A stretch of DNA of 64,000 nt from contig CAXXUO010000001.1 of the NCBI GenBank assembly GCA_963666485.2, positions 960,001 through 1,024,000 of the forward strand, written 5' to 3'. This document shows, piece after piece, positions 18,153 to 27,108 of the stretch. Under the pieces are notes generated by a model, which worked only from the letters and a program-made list of their open reading frames with translations, was not told the DNA's origin and searched no databases. Position 1 is the stretch's first letter; every line of letters begins with the position of its first letter. The DNA comes from Syntrophorhabdaceae bacterium (GTDB lineage Bacteria; Desulfobacterota; Syntrophorhabdia; Syntrophorhabdales; Syntrophorhabdaceae). A program made the translations under genes and the position numbers.

Positions 18153-21100
18153 ATGAGAGTTATCAAGGAATCGGAACACTGCCTCCTCCTCAACTACTTC
18201 GGCCTTATGAACAGGTATTACCTTGCCATAACGGTCATGACCTACTTCGACTTCACGGACCCCGTCAACCCCCTTGCCGAAAAGGAGATGTGGCCCTTCG
18301 TACAGGGAGAGCTCGGCAAGGACGCCGTCCTCGACATGGCCATGCCCAAGCCGAAGGGTGAGCTGCTTGTCTGGGGCAGGTGCTTTTCGCCCGACGGGGA
18401 GCCCCGCGGCGCTTCACAGGTAAGCGTGCGCCTCGGTCCCATCGAGAAGCACCTCTACGTCTTCGGGAACCGCTACTGGAGGAAGGCCGGCGGGGCGCGA
18501 TTCAGCATAACCGAGCCGGATCCTTTCGTCGATATGCCCCTCACCTACGACCGGGCGTTCGGAGGCGGCGGTTTCGACAGGAATCCCCTGGGCAGGGGCG
18601 CGGCGCCCGTCACGACCTCCTCCGGTGCACAGTCGCACCCGCTCCCGAACGTCGAGGACCCGCGCCATCTCGTCGGTTCGCCTTCCGACCACCCCGAACC
18701 GGCGGGCTTAGCCCCCCTTGATTACACGTGGCCCCAGCGGGCGAAGAAGCTGGGGACATATGACAATACATGGTTTCAGGAGCGCTGGCCCTTTTACCCC
18801 GATGACATGAACTGGACATACTTCAATGCAGCGCCCGAGGACCAGCAGATCGAAGACTTCTTTGCCGGTACAGAATCCTTCTCTGTCGCCGGGATGCACC
18901 CGAAGGAGCCCCTCGTCGAATCCCGCCTTCCCGGGATCAGGCACCGGTTCTTCGTCAATCAGCTCGCCGATGCAGCAAAACCGGAAGGAGAAACCCTCTT
19001 CAAGGAGGTCCTCACCCACATCGACACCGTCTGGCTCTTTCCCCACGCGAAAAAGGGAATCGCCATATCCCGGGGGACAGCTGAGGTCAAGGATGACGAG
19101 GCCCTCGACATAGCCCACCTCTACGTCGTGAGCGAGCGGGTCGGCGAGCAGCACCCCGGCACCATCGAGAAGTACCACGAGCAGTTCACAAAACAGATAA
19201 ACCGGGCCCTGACCCCCGATATCTCGGCCCAAATGGAAGAGGCGAAGAAGAAGCTTTCCGCCGCCGCAGATACCCTCATGGACCTGCCTGTTCAGATCAA
19301 GGACGAAATAGCGGCACACCTTGGCAAAGCGCCGAAGGCTGCCCGGACGCCCGTCGAGGTGGTGGGGGACTCCCTTGCCCTCATTGACAAGCACAAGCAG
19401 CTCCTCGCCGACAGCGAAAAGAGGATACTGGCGGCAAAGTCTCAGTTCGGCCACATGATGAAGATCGATACGAGCGGGTTCGCCGCAGCCGCGAAGAGCC
19501 TCGAGGAGGCGAAGACGAAGCTTTCCGCCGTGCCGGTCATGCTCGAGGACATCGCGAAGAAAAACGCAGAGAACATGAAGGAACTCAGGGACACGCTCCA
19601 TGAAATATACGACAACAGCGCCTTCTCGAAGGTGAACCCGGGCGCCATGGATGTCGATGCCATTGTCGACATGTACAAGGAGAAGCCCCGGGATCTCTGG
19701 CAGGATTCGGGGATGCGCTTCATCGAGAAGTGCCGGGAAGAACTGCTGCAGGACCCCGCGATGATGGCGGCTTTTCGCTCGTTAGGACTTCGGCCCTATA
19801 CGCTCAAGCGGGCATGGGTCGGGCTGAACAGGCAGGAGGCCCGCTTCGAAAGGGAAGCCTGGGCGCTTAAGCCGGGCAAGGATGCCGCGGACGCCGATAC
19901 CCTCGTGATACCCGCCGGTCTCGTGATACCCCGCTTCGCCGGGGCCTTGATAGACACGATCACGGTGAGGCCTATATTTGAAACCGCCGGGGCCGCCGCC
20001 TCACCGGCATCGCTCGCTCAGGCGTCCCTTGACGGAAGCGGTGACGTTCCCGTCGAAGGGTCGAAGGGGAACGCGATGGTACTCGGCGCCGGGGAGGGGA
20101 AACCCTTCGTCCGTTTCAACGATGAGCTCGAGGCCCTTCTCGCCCGCCAGGAGCTGGGCGACTTCTGTGCCTTCGCGGCCATGAGAGATCCGTCGGCACC
20201 GGCAGACGGAGACCCGAAGAAAGCCCTCAAGAAGACCCCCCAGTTCCTCGTCGCCGTCTACCCCGGTACGAAGGGGAGTGCCCGGACCGCCGATATGCAG
20301 CCCTGGAAAAAGCTCGCCGGGACCGCGGAGCCCCTCGCGCTGCCAAAGGGACGGAACCTTTTCGAGGCGAAAAAGGCCGGGGTCGACATATGGCAATGGA
20401 TAGCCGACGCCTTGAAACCGGCCGTGGCGCCTCCCGCCGAAACGAAACCGAAGGAAGTGGACGTATCGGAACCGGGGGCACTCGCCGCCCTCATCCCCGT
20501 CATCGACGTCAAGGGGCTCATCAAGGGGGTGAAGGACGAGCTTATGGCCCGGATACAGCCAAAGCTCGATCTCATGGCCGCCAAGGAGAAGGAGACCATG
20601 GACCTTCTCCGGAAGGAATTGGCGAAAAAGAATATAAGCCTGGACAAAATGATGGCCAAGGAGCCCCCCAAGGTACCCGAGGGGAAGAACCCCTACGTCT
20701 TTGCCCAGGAGAAATTCACCAAGAATTTTCAGCTAATACGGGAGAAGCTCACGAAACAGGGCACTATGAGCTCCGAGATCGAAAAGAAGATTGCCGAGGC
20801 GGAACGGTCGGGGCAGAAGATACTCGGCGATTCGGCGAAGCTCTACGACGAGGGGATAAAGCGTCTCGCGGCTGACGACGCGAAGATCGCCGCGGGCACC
20901 CCGGACTGGGCAAAGAAGCTCCTTGCCAGGGCCGGTATCGACCCCGAGGACCCTGATCCTTTGAAACCCCTCACTCGCGAAGAGGTGGTGGAGCGCCACA
21001 CGAAGGGCCTTTCCCTCTCGGGCAGGAACATGGCGGGGGCGGACCTCTCCCGTCTCGACCTCACGGGAGCGGACCTCAGGAAGGCGAACCTTCAAAAAAC

Positions 21101-22001
21101 GAACTTCGCGGACGCTGTGCTCGATGGTTCAGATATGTCGGGGGCGCTCGCGACGGAGGCCGACTTCACGAAATCATCCCTGCGGGGGGCAAAGATGGTA
21201 ACGGGAATATTCCAAAAGGCGAAATTTCCCGGGGCCGACATGTCCCGCGCCGACATGACGGGATCCATGATGTCAGAGGCGGACCTGACGGGGGCGAACC
21301 TGACGGGGGCGACCATCGTGAGGACCCTCCTCGAAAAGGCCACCCTGAAGAAAGTCCGGGCCGTGGATTCCACGTCGTCCCAGATCTATCTTCTCAGCGC
21401 GGATATATCCGGCGCCGATTTCACCGGGGCCGACCTCACGAAGGCGGTCTTTCTCAAGGCGACGATCGACGAGGCCAAACTTTCAAAGTCCACCCTGCGC
21501 GAGGCGGCATTCATCGAATCCAAAGGCACGAAGGTCGACCTCTCCGGGGCTGACATGCACAACTCCAGGATATTACAGGGATCCGCGATGACGGAAAGCG
21601 ATTTTACCGGTACGCGCGCCGAGAGGTCGAGCTGGATGAAGTCCGATCTTTCGGGCGGAGACTTCCGCGGCGCCACCATCGAGCGGGCCCTTGTCGAGGG
21701 ATGCGACCTTTCCGGATCGAATTTATCGGGGATCACGGCGAAACAGGCCCGGCTCACCAAATCGAATCTGAGCGACTCCAACCTCGAGGAGATAAACCTT
21801 TTCCAGGGATCCTTGAGGAAGTCAAAGCTTGTGCGGACCGATCTTAAGCGGGCAAACCTTTACGGGGCGGAATTCTACCGCACCGGGGTCGGGGAGACGA
21901 AACTCGATGAGGCGAACCTGAAGATGACCAAACTCCACAAGCGCGAGGATCTGCTGCCGGAGCCGCCGAAGGACGGAAGTGACGATAAGGGGCGGAAGTG
22001 A
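18153..22001 (+). CDS. DUF2169 T6SS adaptor fused to a large insertion and C-terminal pentapeptide repeats
   Basis: LDMAMPKPKGELLVWG, VFGNRYW, MPLTYDRAFGG, LPNVEDP, YFNAAPEDQQ (DUF2169); A(D/N)LxxA repeats at the C-terminus; ATG 18153 just after the vgrG3 stop. Confidence 0.88.
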   Translation: MRVIKESEHCLLLNYFGLMNRYYLAITVMTYFDFTDPVNPLAEKEMWPFVQGELGKDAVLDMAMPKPKGELLVWGRCFSPDGEPRGASQVSVRLGPIEKHLYVFGNRYWRKAGGARFSITEPDPFVDMPLTYDRAFGGGGFDRNPLGRGAAPVTTSSGAQSHPLPNVEDPRHLVGSPSDHPEPAGLAPLDYTWPQRAKKLGTYDNTWFQERWPFYPDDMNWTYFNAAPEDQQIEDFFAGTESFSVAGMHPKEPLVESRLPGIRHRFFVNQLADAAKPEGETLFKEVLTHIDTVWLFPHAKKGIAISRGTAEVKDDEALDIAHLYVVSERVGEQHPGTIEKYHEQFTKQINRALTPDISAQMEEAKKKLSAAADTLMDLPVQIKDEIAAHLGKAPKAARTPVEVVGDSLALIDKHKQLLADSEKRILAAKSQFGHMMKIDTSGFAAAAKSLEEAKTKLSAVPVMLEDIAKKNAENMKELRDTLHEIYDNSAFSKVNPGAMDVDAIVDMYKEKPRDLWQDSGMRFIEKCREELLQDPAMMAAFRSLGLRPYTLKRAWVGLNRQEARFEREAWALKPGKDAADADTLVIPAGLVIPRFAGALIDTITVRPIFETAGAAASPASLAQASLDGSGDVPVEGSKGNAMVLGAGEGKPFVRFNDELEALLARQELGDFCAFAAMRDPSAPADGDPKKALKKTPQFLVAVYPGTKGSARTADMQPWKKLAGTAEPLALPKGRNLFEAKKAGVDIWQWIADALKPAVAPPAETKPKEVDVSEPGALAALIPVIDVKGLIKGVKDELMARIQPKLDLMAAKEKETMDLLRKELAKKNISLDKMMAKEPPKVPEGKNPYVFAQEKFTKNFQLIREKLTKQGTMSSEIEKKIAEAERSGQKILGDSAKLYDEGIKRLAADDAKIAAGTPDWAKKLLARAGIDPEDPDPLKPLTREEVVERHTKGLSLSGRNMAGADLSRLDLTGADLRKANLQKTNFADAVLDGSDMSGALATEADFTKSSLRGAKMVTGIFQKAKFPGADMSRADMTGSMMSEADLTGANLTGATIVRTLLEKATLKKVRAVDSTSSQIYLLSADISGADFTGADLTKAVFLKATIDEAKLSKSTLREAAFIESKGTKVDLSGADMHNSRILQGSAMTESDFTGTRAERSSWMKSDLSGGDFRGATIERALVEGCDLSGSNLSGITAKQARLTKSNLSDSNLEEINLFQGSLRKSKLVRTDLKRANLYGAEFYRTGVGETKLDEANLKMTKLHKREDLLPEPPKDGSDDKGRK

Positions 22002-22005
22002 CGAC

Positions 22006-23046
22006 ATGACGCGGGAAGAACTCTTTGAAGCCATAGCGCGGGACGACACGATAGAGAATGTGGACCTTTCCGGGATGAACCTCGCCGGAGAGGACCTGTC
22101 GGGTGCCCGTTTCGAGGGCGTTTCCTTCAAAGGGGCGGACCTCAGGGGCACGAAGATCATTCGCACCGGCTTCACGGGGTGTGCCTTCGAAGGGGCCAAT
22201 ATGGACGGCGGGAACCTGGAAGGGGCCATATGGATGCGCATGAACCTCTCCGGCGCCATACTCTCCCGGGCGAACCTCAGGAAGGCGGTCCTCAACGGCT
22301 CCGACCTCTCCGGGGCCATACTCACGGGAGCGGACCTGACCCAGGCCGTTATGGACAACGCCAGGTTTGACGGCGCGGACCTTTCCGGCGCCGACGTCTC
22401 CCGGGCGGTCATTCACAAGTCGTCCATGAAGGGGGCGAACCTTAAGGGGGCGAACCTCTTCAAGTCCATTTTCGTGGAGACGGACCTGACGGGGGCGACC
22501 TTCAAGGGGGCACGGATATTCAAGACCTTCCTCAGGGGCTGCTCCCTGACGGGACAGGATTTCCGGGGCGCGACCTTCATCATGGCCCAGGCGGGAGGGG
22601 CGGACATGAAGGGGTGCGATTTCACCAATGCCGAGATCGCCCAGTCAAACTTCATGAATGCCGACATGACGGGGGCGGTCCTGGAAAAGGTCAAGGGCGA
22701 GCGCTCGGTCTTCATGGGGACGAACCTCTCCGGCGTGAGCCTCAAAGGGTCCTATTTGGTCCAGTCCTGTTTCGAGGAGGCGAATCTGAACCTCGCCGAC
22801 CTCTCGGAATGCAACTGTGAGCAGGCGCTTTTCACGAAGGCCTTCTGCCGGGGGGCGAAGTTCGTCGACGTCAATGCGACCTTTGCCGATTTCTCCCACG
22901 CCGATCTGACGGCGGCGGACTTCACGTCTGCCACCCTGACGAGGGCAAAAATGCACCGGGCCATCGAGGAGCATGCGATCTGGGACAAATCTTCGCGAAG
23001 CTCCGCCTACGGCACTGATCCCGATCTGGCAGAGGCAGAGGGGTGA
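22006..23046 (+). CDS. Pentapeptide repeat protein
   Basis: Continuous A(D/N)L(S/T)GA repeats. Confidence 0.93.
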   Translation: MTREELFEAIARDDTIENVDLSGMNLAGEDLSGARFEGVSFKGADLRGTKIIRTGFTGCAFEGANMDGGNLEGAIWMRMNLSGAILSRANLRKAVLNGSDLSGAILTGADLTQAVMDNARFDGADLSGADVSRAVIHKSSMKGANLKGANLFKSIFVETDLTGATFKGARIFKTFLRGCSLTGQDFRGATFIMAQAGGADMKGCDFTNAEIAQSNFMNADMTGAVLEKVKGERSVFMGTNLSGVSLKGSYLVQSCFEEANLNLADLSECNCEQALFTKAFCRGAKFVDVNATFADFSHADLTAADFTSATLTRAKMHRAIEEHAIWDKSSRSSAYGTDPDLAEAEG

Positions 23047-23113
23047 TCTCACTGATGCTGTGCGTTGTATTTAAATAGAATGGGTTTTTATAGTTTATTG
23101 TCGGGAGGTTACA

Positions 23114-23746
23114 ATGAAAGCGGCAGCACAACAAGTTGAAATTCTCCAGCCTGTCCTCGAGTACGGCCTCGTGGCCGGACGTTCGGGGAGCGGTTTCGCC
23201 GTCACCTGCGACCGGGGGGTCTTCGATGCCTCCGTCGCTGTGAGCTGCCTGGTCGCGCCCGAGGCCGGCGACGTGGTCCTCCTTTCCCTGGACGGCAGCG
23301 GCCCCTGCTACATATTGTCAATCCTCGAGAGGCAGGAAGGGGCCCGGGGGAAGACGGAGCTCGCCTTCGACGGCGACGTAAGCCTGACCGTGCGTGACGG
23401 CGCCATGTCCATCAGGAGCGACGAAGCCATATCCCTCGCCTCGAAAGAATTCGAGCTTACAGCCGAGGAGGGGCGCGTCACCCTGGAAAAGAGCTCCTTT
23501 TTCGGGAACCTGGTGGAGAATAACATCGCCCGGATACGGGTCGTCGCCGATTCCCTCGATACCATCGTCCGGCGGGCAGTGCAGAGGTTCACGAACACTT
23601 ACCGGTACGTAGAGGAACACGAGGAGGTGCAGTCGGCCTCGACACGGATGATCGTCGATGGCACTCTCACGATGCACACGAAGAACACGATGCACATCGC
23701 CGAGGGGCACGTGAAGATCGACGCCGAGCAGATCCATCTCGGCTAG
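23114..23746 (+). CDS. DUF3540 family T6SS-associated protein
   Basis: AVSCLVAPEAGDVVLL, YILSILER, C-terminal VKIDAEQIHLG. Confidence 0.88.
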   Translation: MKAAAQQVEILQPVLEYGLVAGRSGSGFAVTCDRGVFDASVAVSCLVAPEAGDVVLLSLDGSGPCYILSILERQEGARGKTELAFDGDVSLTVRDGAMSIRSDEAISLASKEFELTAEEGRVTLEKSSFFGNLVENNIARIRVVADSLDTIVRRAVQRFTNTYRYVEEHEEVQSASTRMIVDGTLTMHTKNTMHIAEGHVKIDAEQIHLG

Positions 23747-23760
23747 CAAGGAGGAAGAAA

Positions 23761-24165
23761 ATGTTCCAGAACACAATGGCGGGAGGGATGAACCTCGGTT
23801 TCCCCGACGTCTGCCTTACGCCGACACCGGTAGGCCCAATACCCATCCCCTACCCGAACATATCCACGGGGGCGACTACGAACCCCGCGACGACCGCCCT
23901 GACAGTCCTTTGCGACGGCATGCCCTCGCTTAACCAGATGTCCATGGGCACATTGAGCAACGGTGACAACGCAGGGGTAAACCTGGGCGTCGCCTCAGGG
24001 CTTGTCATGGGCCCTACCGAGTTCATCCTCGGAAGCTTCCTCGTCCTCAAAGGCGGCACCCCCGCGCAGAGGATGACGAGCATCACGGGACATAACGGGC
24101 TCTCCATGAACGCCCCCGGCGTCAGCCTTGCCCCGAGCCAGGTGACCGTTCTCGTCCTGGGGTAA
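23761..24165 (+). CDS. DUF4150 PAAR-like (PIPY) spike-tip protein
   Basis: FPDVCLTP...PIPIPYPN, SNGDNAGV, PSQVTVL. Confidence 0.92.
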   Translation: MFQNTMAGGMNLGFPDVCLTPTPVGPIPIPYPNISTGATTNPATTALTVLCDGMPSLNQMSMGTLSNGDNAGVNLGVASGLVMGPTEFILGSFLVLKGGTPAQRMTSITGHNGLSMNAPGVSLAPSQVTVLVLG

Positions 24166-26034
24166 ATGGAAAGCATTTTCGTCAGTATAGCCAGTTACCG
24201 CGACAATGAGCTGGACCGGACCATCACGGACTGTCTCGCCAAGGCGGCCCACCCGGAGAGGGTCTTCCTCGGGATCCACTGGCAGCACGACAATCATGAG
24301 TTCTCCGAGTACCTCTACAACTCCCGGGCGCGGGTCATCGAGACGGACTACCGCCGGTCACGGGGCGCCTGCTGGGCGCGCCACGAGGCGCAGAAGCTCT
24401 TCGACGGCGAGGACTACGTCCTGCAGATAGACAGCCATATGCGGTTTGTTCACGGCTGGGACCTTATCTGCACAGACGGCATACGGGACCTTCAGCAAAA
24501 GGGGAACCCGAAGGTTATCATCTCGAACCTCATGCCCTCTTACGACCCCGAAGATGACCAGAACCTGCCGCAGCGTTACCTGACCTACAAGCTGGGCCCC
24601 TTCAATGAGGCGGGCTCCATACAGCTGAAAGCGTCGATCGTCTCCCATCCGCCCCGGGAACGCTTCAGCCCCGGATATTCGATATCAGCTGCCTTTCTCT
24701 TCAGCATAGGCGACCTTTACCGGGACGTCATCATCGATCCCGACCTTTACTTCGAGGGTGAAGAGATATCCTATGCGGTCAGGGCCTATACGTACGGCTA
24801 CGACATCTACCACTGCCACTATCCCATCGTTTATCACTATTACCTGCGCAAGCCCGACCGTAAGCACTGGGACGACCACGGCGACTGGGGGGACAGGTCC
24901 GTCAGGGCAAAGAACCGCATGCGAAGCCTGCTCATGGGTACCGGGGAGGTCCCCGACCTTGGGCCTTACGGCCTCGGGCCGGAAAGGTCGCTCAAAGAGT
25001 ACGAGTTGGCGGCGGGGGTTGATTTCAAGAACCGCACCGTCAGAACCCCGGGCGCGCCGCCGCCCTTGCCGGGCCGGCCGGCTATACGGGCAAAGCTCTC
25101 GTCGGGCAGGATAGGGACCGCCCAGGTCGATCCCTTTTCCTACTGTAACGCCAGGTGCTGGTTCTGCCCCGTACGATACGACCCGCAGCCCCCTGATGCG
25201 CGGCGGCACATGCCGATCGGGCTCTTCGAGAAGATAATTGCCGACCTGTGCCGGGAGAGGGACAACGGTGGGCTCGTCGCCCCCGGGTTCAACTTTATTT
25301 ACACGGCGCATTACAACGAGATCCTTCTTTACCGGCACCTTGCAGAGATGTTCGAAGTGCTGAGGCGATACGGCTTAAGGAGCATGGTCCTCACCAACGG
25401 GATCGCCCTCACCAAGAAAAAGGCAGATCTCCTGGCCAAATACGATGATGTCGTCGGCGGGCAGGTGTGCATCAACATAAGCGCGTTTGAGCGGGACAGG
25501 TGGATAGGGAACACGATCGGGGAGAATGGCGCGAAGCTTTCCTCGAAGCGTGCTGCATTTTACCGCACCATGGAAAACATTGAATATGCGGCAAAAAAAC
25601 TGGGTGGCGTGTCCATCCAGCTCAACGAACCGGACAGGAAAGAAGCCGACAGGCAGGCTGCCATCGCACGGCGCATGTTCCCGTCGGTCAATGTCCGCAT
25701 AATCGATACCCTTTCCGACAGGGCCGGGGCGCTCCACGACAAGGGTGTCCTTTCCAACCGGGAGGAGATCGAGAGCAAACGCTCCGGGAAGACTGCGGTC
25801 GTCGGATGCGCCAACACCTTCACGGGTATCGACGGCCGTCACTACGGCTGGCTCCACGTCAATGCCCTCGGGAAGGGCATATTGTGCTGCAACGATTACC
25901 GTTTTGACTACGCGTTCGGGGACCTGGCGAACAATTCGTTGCGGGACGTGTGGCTCTCCGAAAGTCACGTTGACGCGATCGAAAGATCCTTCCGGGAAAT
26001 ATGCACCCATTGCAACATGGCGGTCTGGGAATAG
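24166..26034 (+). CDS. GT60-type polypeptide GlcNAc-transferase fused to radical SAM + SPASM/twitch domain
   Basis: IFVSIASYRD, SRGACWAR, LQIDSHMRF, FEGEEI (Gnt1/Gnt2-like); CNARCWFC (CxxxCxxC); C-terminal GC...LCCND...FGDL...CTHC; ATG abuts the PAAR stop (TAAATG). Confidence 0.85.
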   Translation: MESIFVSIASYRDNELDRTITDCLAKAAHPERVFLGIHWQHDNHEFSEYLYNSRARVIETDYRRSRGACWARHEAQKLFDGEDYVLQIDSHMRFVHGWDLICTDGIRDLQQKGNPKVIISNLMPSYDPEDDQNLPQRYLTYKLGPFNEAGSIQLKASIVSHPPRERFSPGYSISAAFLFSIGDLYRDVIIDPDLYFEGEEISYAVRAYTYGYDIYHCHYPIVYHYYLRKPDRKHWDDHGDWGDRSVRAKNRMRSLLMGTGEVPDLGPYGLGPERSLKEYELAAGVDFKNRTVRTPGAPPPLPGRPAIRAKLSSGRIGTAQVDPFSYCNARCWFCPVRYDPQPPDARRHMPIGLFEKIIADLCRERDNGGLVAPGFNFIYTAHYNEILLYRHLAEMFEVLRRYGLRSMVLTNGIALTKKKADLLAKYDDVVGGQVCINISAFERDRWIGNTIGENGAKLSSKRAAFYRTMENIEYAAKKLGGVSIQLNEPDRKEADRQAAIARRMFPSVNVRIIDTLSDRAGALHDKGVLSNREEIESKRSGKTAVVGCANTFTGIDGRHYGWLHVNALGKGILCCNDYRFDYAFGDLANNSLRDVWLSESHVDAIERSFREICTHCNMAVWE

Positions 26035-26084
26035 AAGGACGGGGGAATGGGTAATGGGCCCGGGGAACGGGGGCAAACGAGGAA

Positions 26085-26112
26085 TTGACTTTGAACATGA
26101 GATTTGTATAGT
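26085..26112 (+). promoter_or_regulatory. Putative sigma70 promoter
   Basis: TTGACT-16 bp-TATAGT upstream of ORF 26151. Confidence 0.5.
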
Positions 26113-26150
26113 GTTTTATATCAGGATGTCTGAAATTTCCGGAGGGAAAA

Positions 26151-26927
26151 ATGGGTAAAAGGGTTTGGATCACGGCTCTTGCGAAGGACGAGGCCAAAAT
26201 AGCCGGGCTTATGGGGTCGCTCAAGAAGTACGGGCTCGCCGCTGACGGACATTTCTGGGTGGACGATATCAAGAATATGGCCTGGCAGGCAGCAGCCGAG
26301 GAGCTCCTTAAGGCGGATACTGCCCTGTGGCTCATCGCCGGAGAAGGCGAGGACCTGAAAAAAGCATCTGTTGCATACGGCCTTTCTCTTCTTGCCATGA
26401 AGGTCTATGCATCCAAGGGCGAATCTTTCCCGGTCATATTCGCACCTTCAGCCGATCTTCCCGCGGGATTCGAGCTGCCTACCCTGCTTAAAGGCGCAGA
26501 AACCATTCCTCTTTCCAATGCCTCCCTCGGGGTAAAGGCGGTTTCCCTTGCCAATACACCGGTGAAAAAGATCGATAAAGACTATCATCTCAACGTTCAC
26601 GGCCTTCCCGGCATCGGCCTGTGGCTTGAGGCAGGACCGTCCTCGATCGAATGGCAGGGTGCGATGTTCGGCGTGCATGGCGCCGAGATCGATTTTCATG
26701 GCGTGGGGCCTTCGAACGGCGTCCCCGAAAGGGCCGTCCTCGAATATGCCCAGAAAGGGCTCAAGATCCAGCTCGGCGATGACGAGTTCACCGCGTGGGC
26801 TATCCAGAACAAGCTTGAGCCCGGGATGTCGTACTACGTCCGCGTCCAGGGAATCCCCGACGGGCTGCTCTTCGGCCCCTATGCCCAGACCGAAGAGGCG
26901 GAAGTACACGTGATAAGGCTGTTTTAA
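26151..26927 (+). CDS. Hypothetical protein
   Basis: 258-aa ORF with GGAGG RBS; no confident family. Confidence 0.75.
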   Translation: MGKRVWITALAKDEAKIAGLMGSLKKYGLAADGHFWVDDIKNMAWQAAAEELLKADTALWLIAGEGEDLKKASVAYGLSLLAMKVYASKGESFPVIFAPSADLPAGFELPTLLKGAETIPLSNASLGVKAVSLANTPVKKIDKDYHLNVHGLPGIGLWLEAGPSSIEWQGAMFGVHGAEIDFHGVGPSNGVPERAVLEYAQKGLKIQLGDDEFTAWAIQNKLEPGMSYYVRVQGIPDGLLFGPYAQTEEAEVHVIRLF

Positions 26928-27108
26928 ATTCTTATTTTTCCGCTCGAAAGGTTTCGTCGAATGTTACGGTCCCGACAGGCCAGCCATTATCTTTGCTTCA
27001 CATTTCCCGGTCGGGATAATTTTCCCCAAAAACATGCCGACTTGTACTATATTTATGGTCAATTGTCTGTGTAAACGGTAATGATACCCCATAGAAAGAG
27101 GAGAACAC

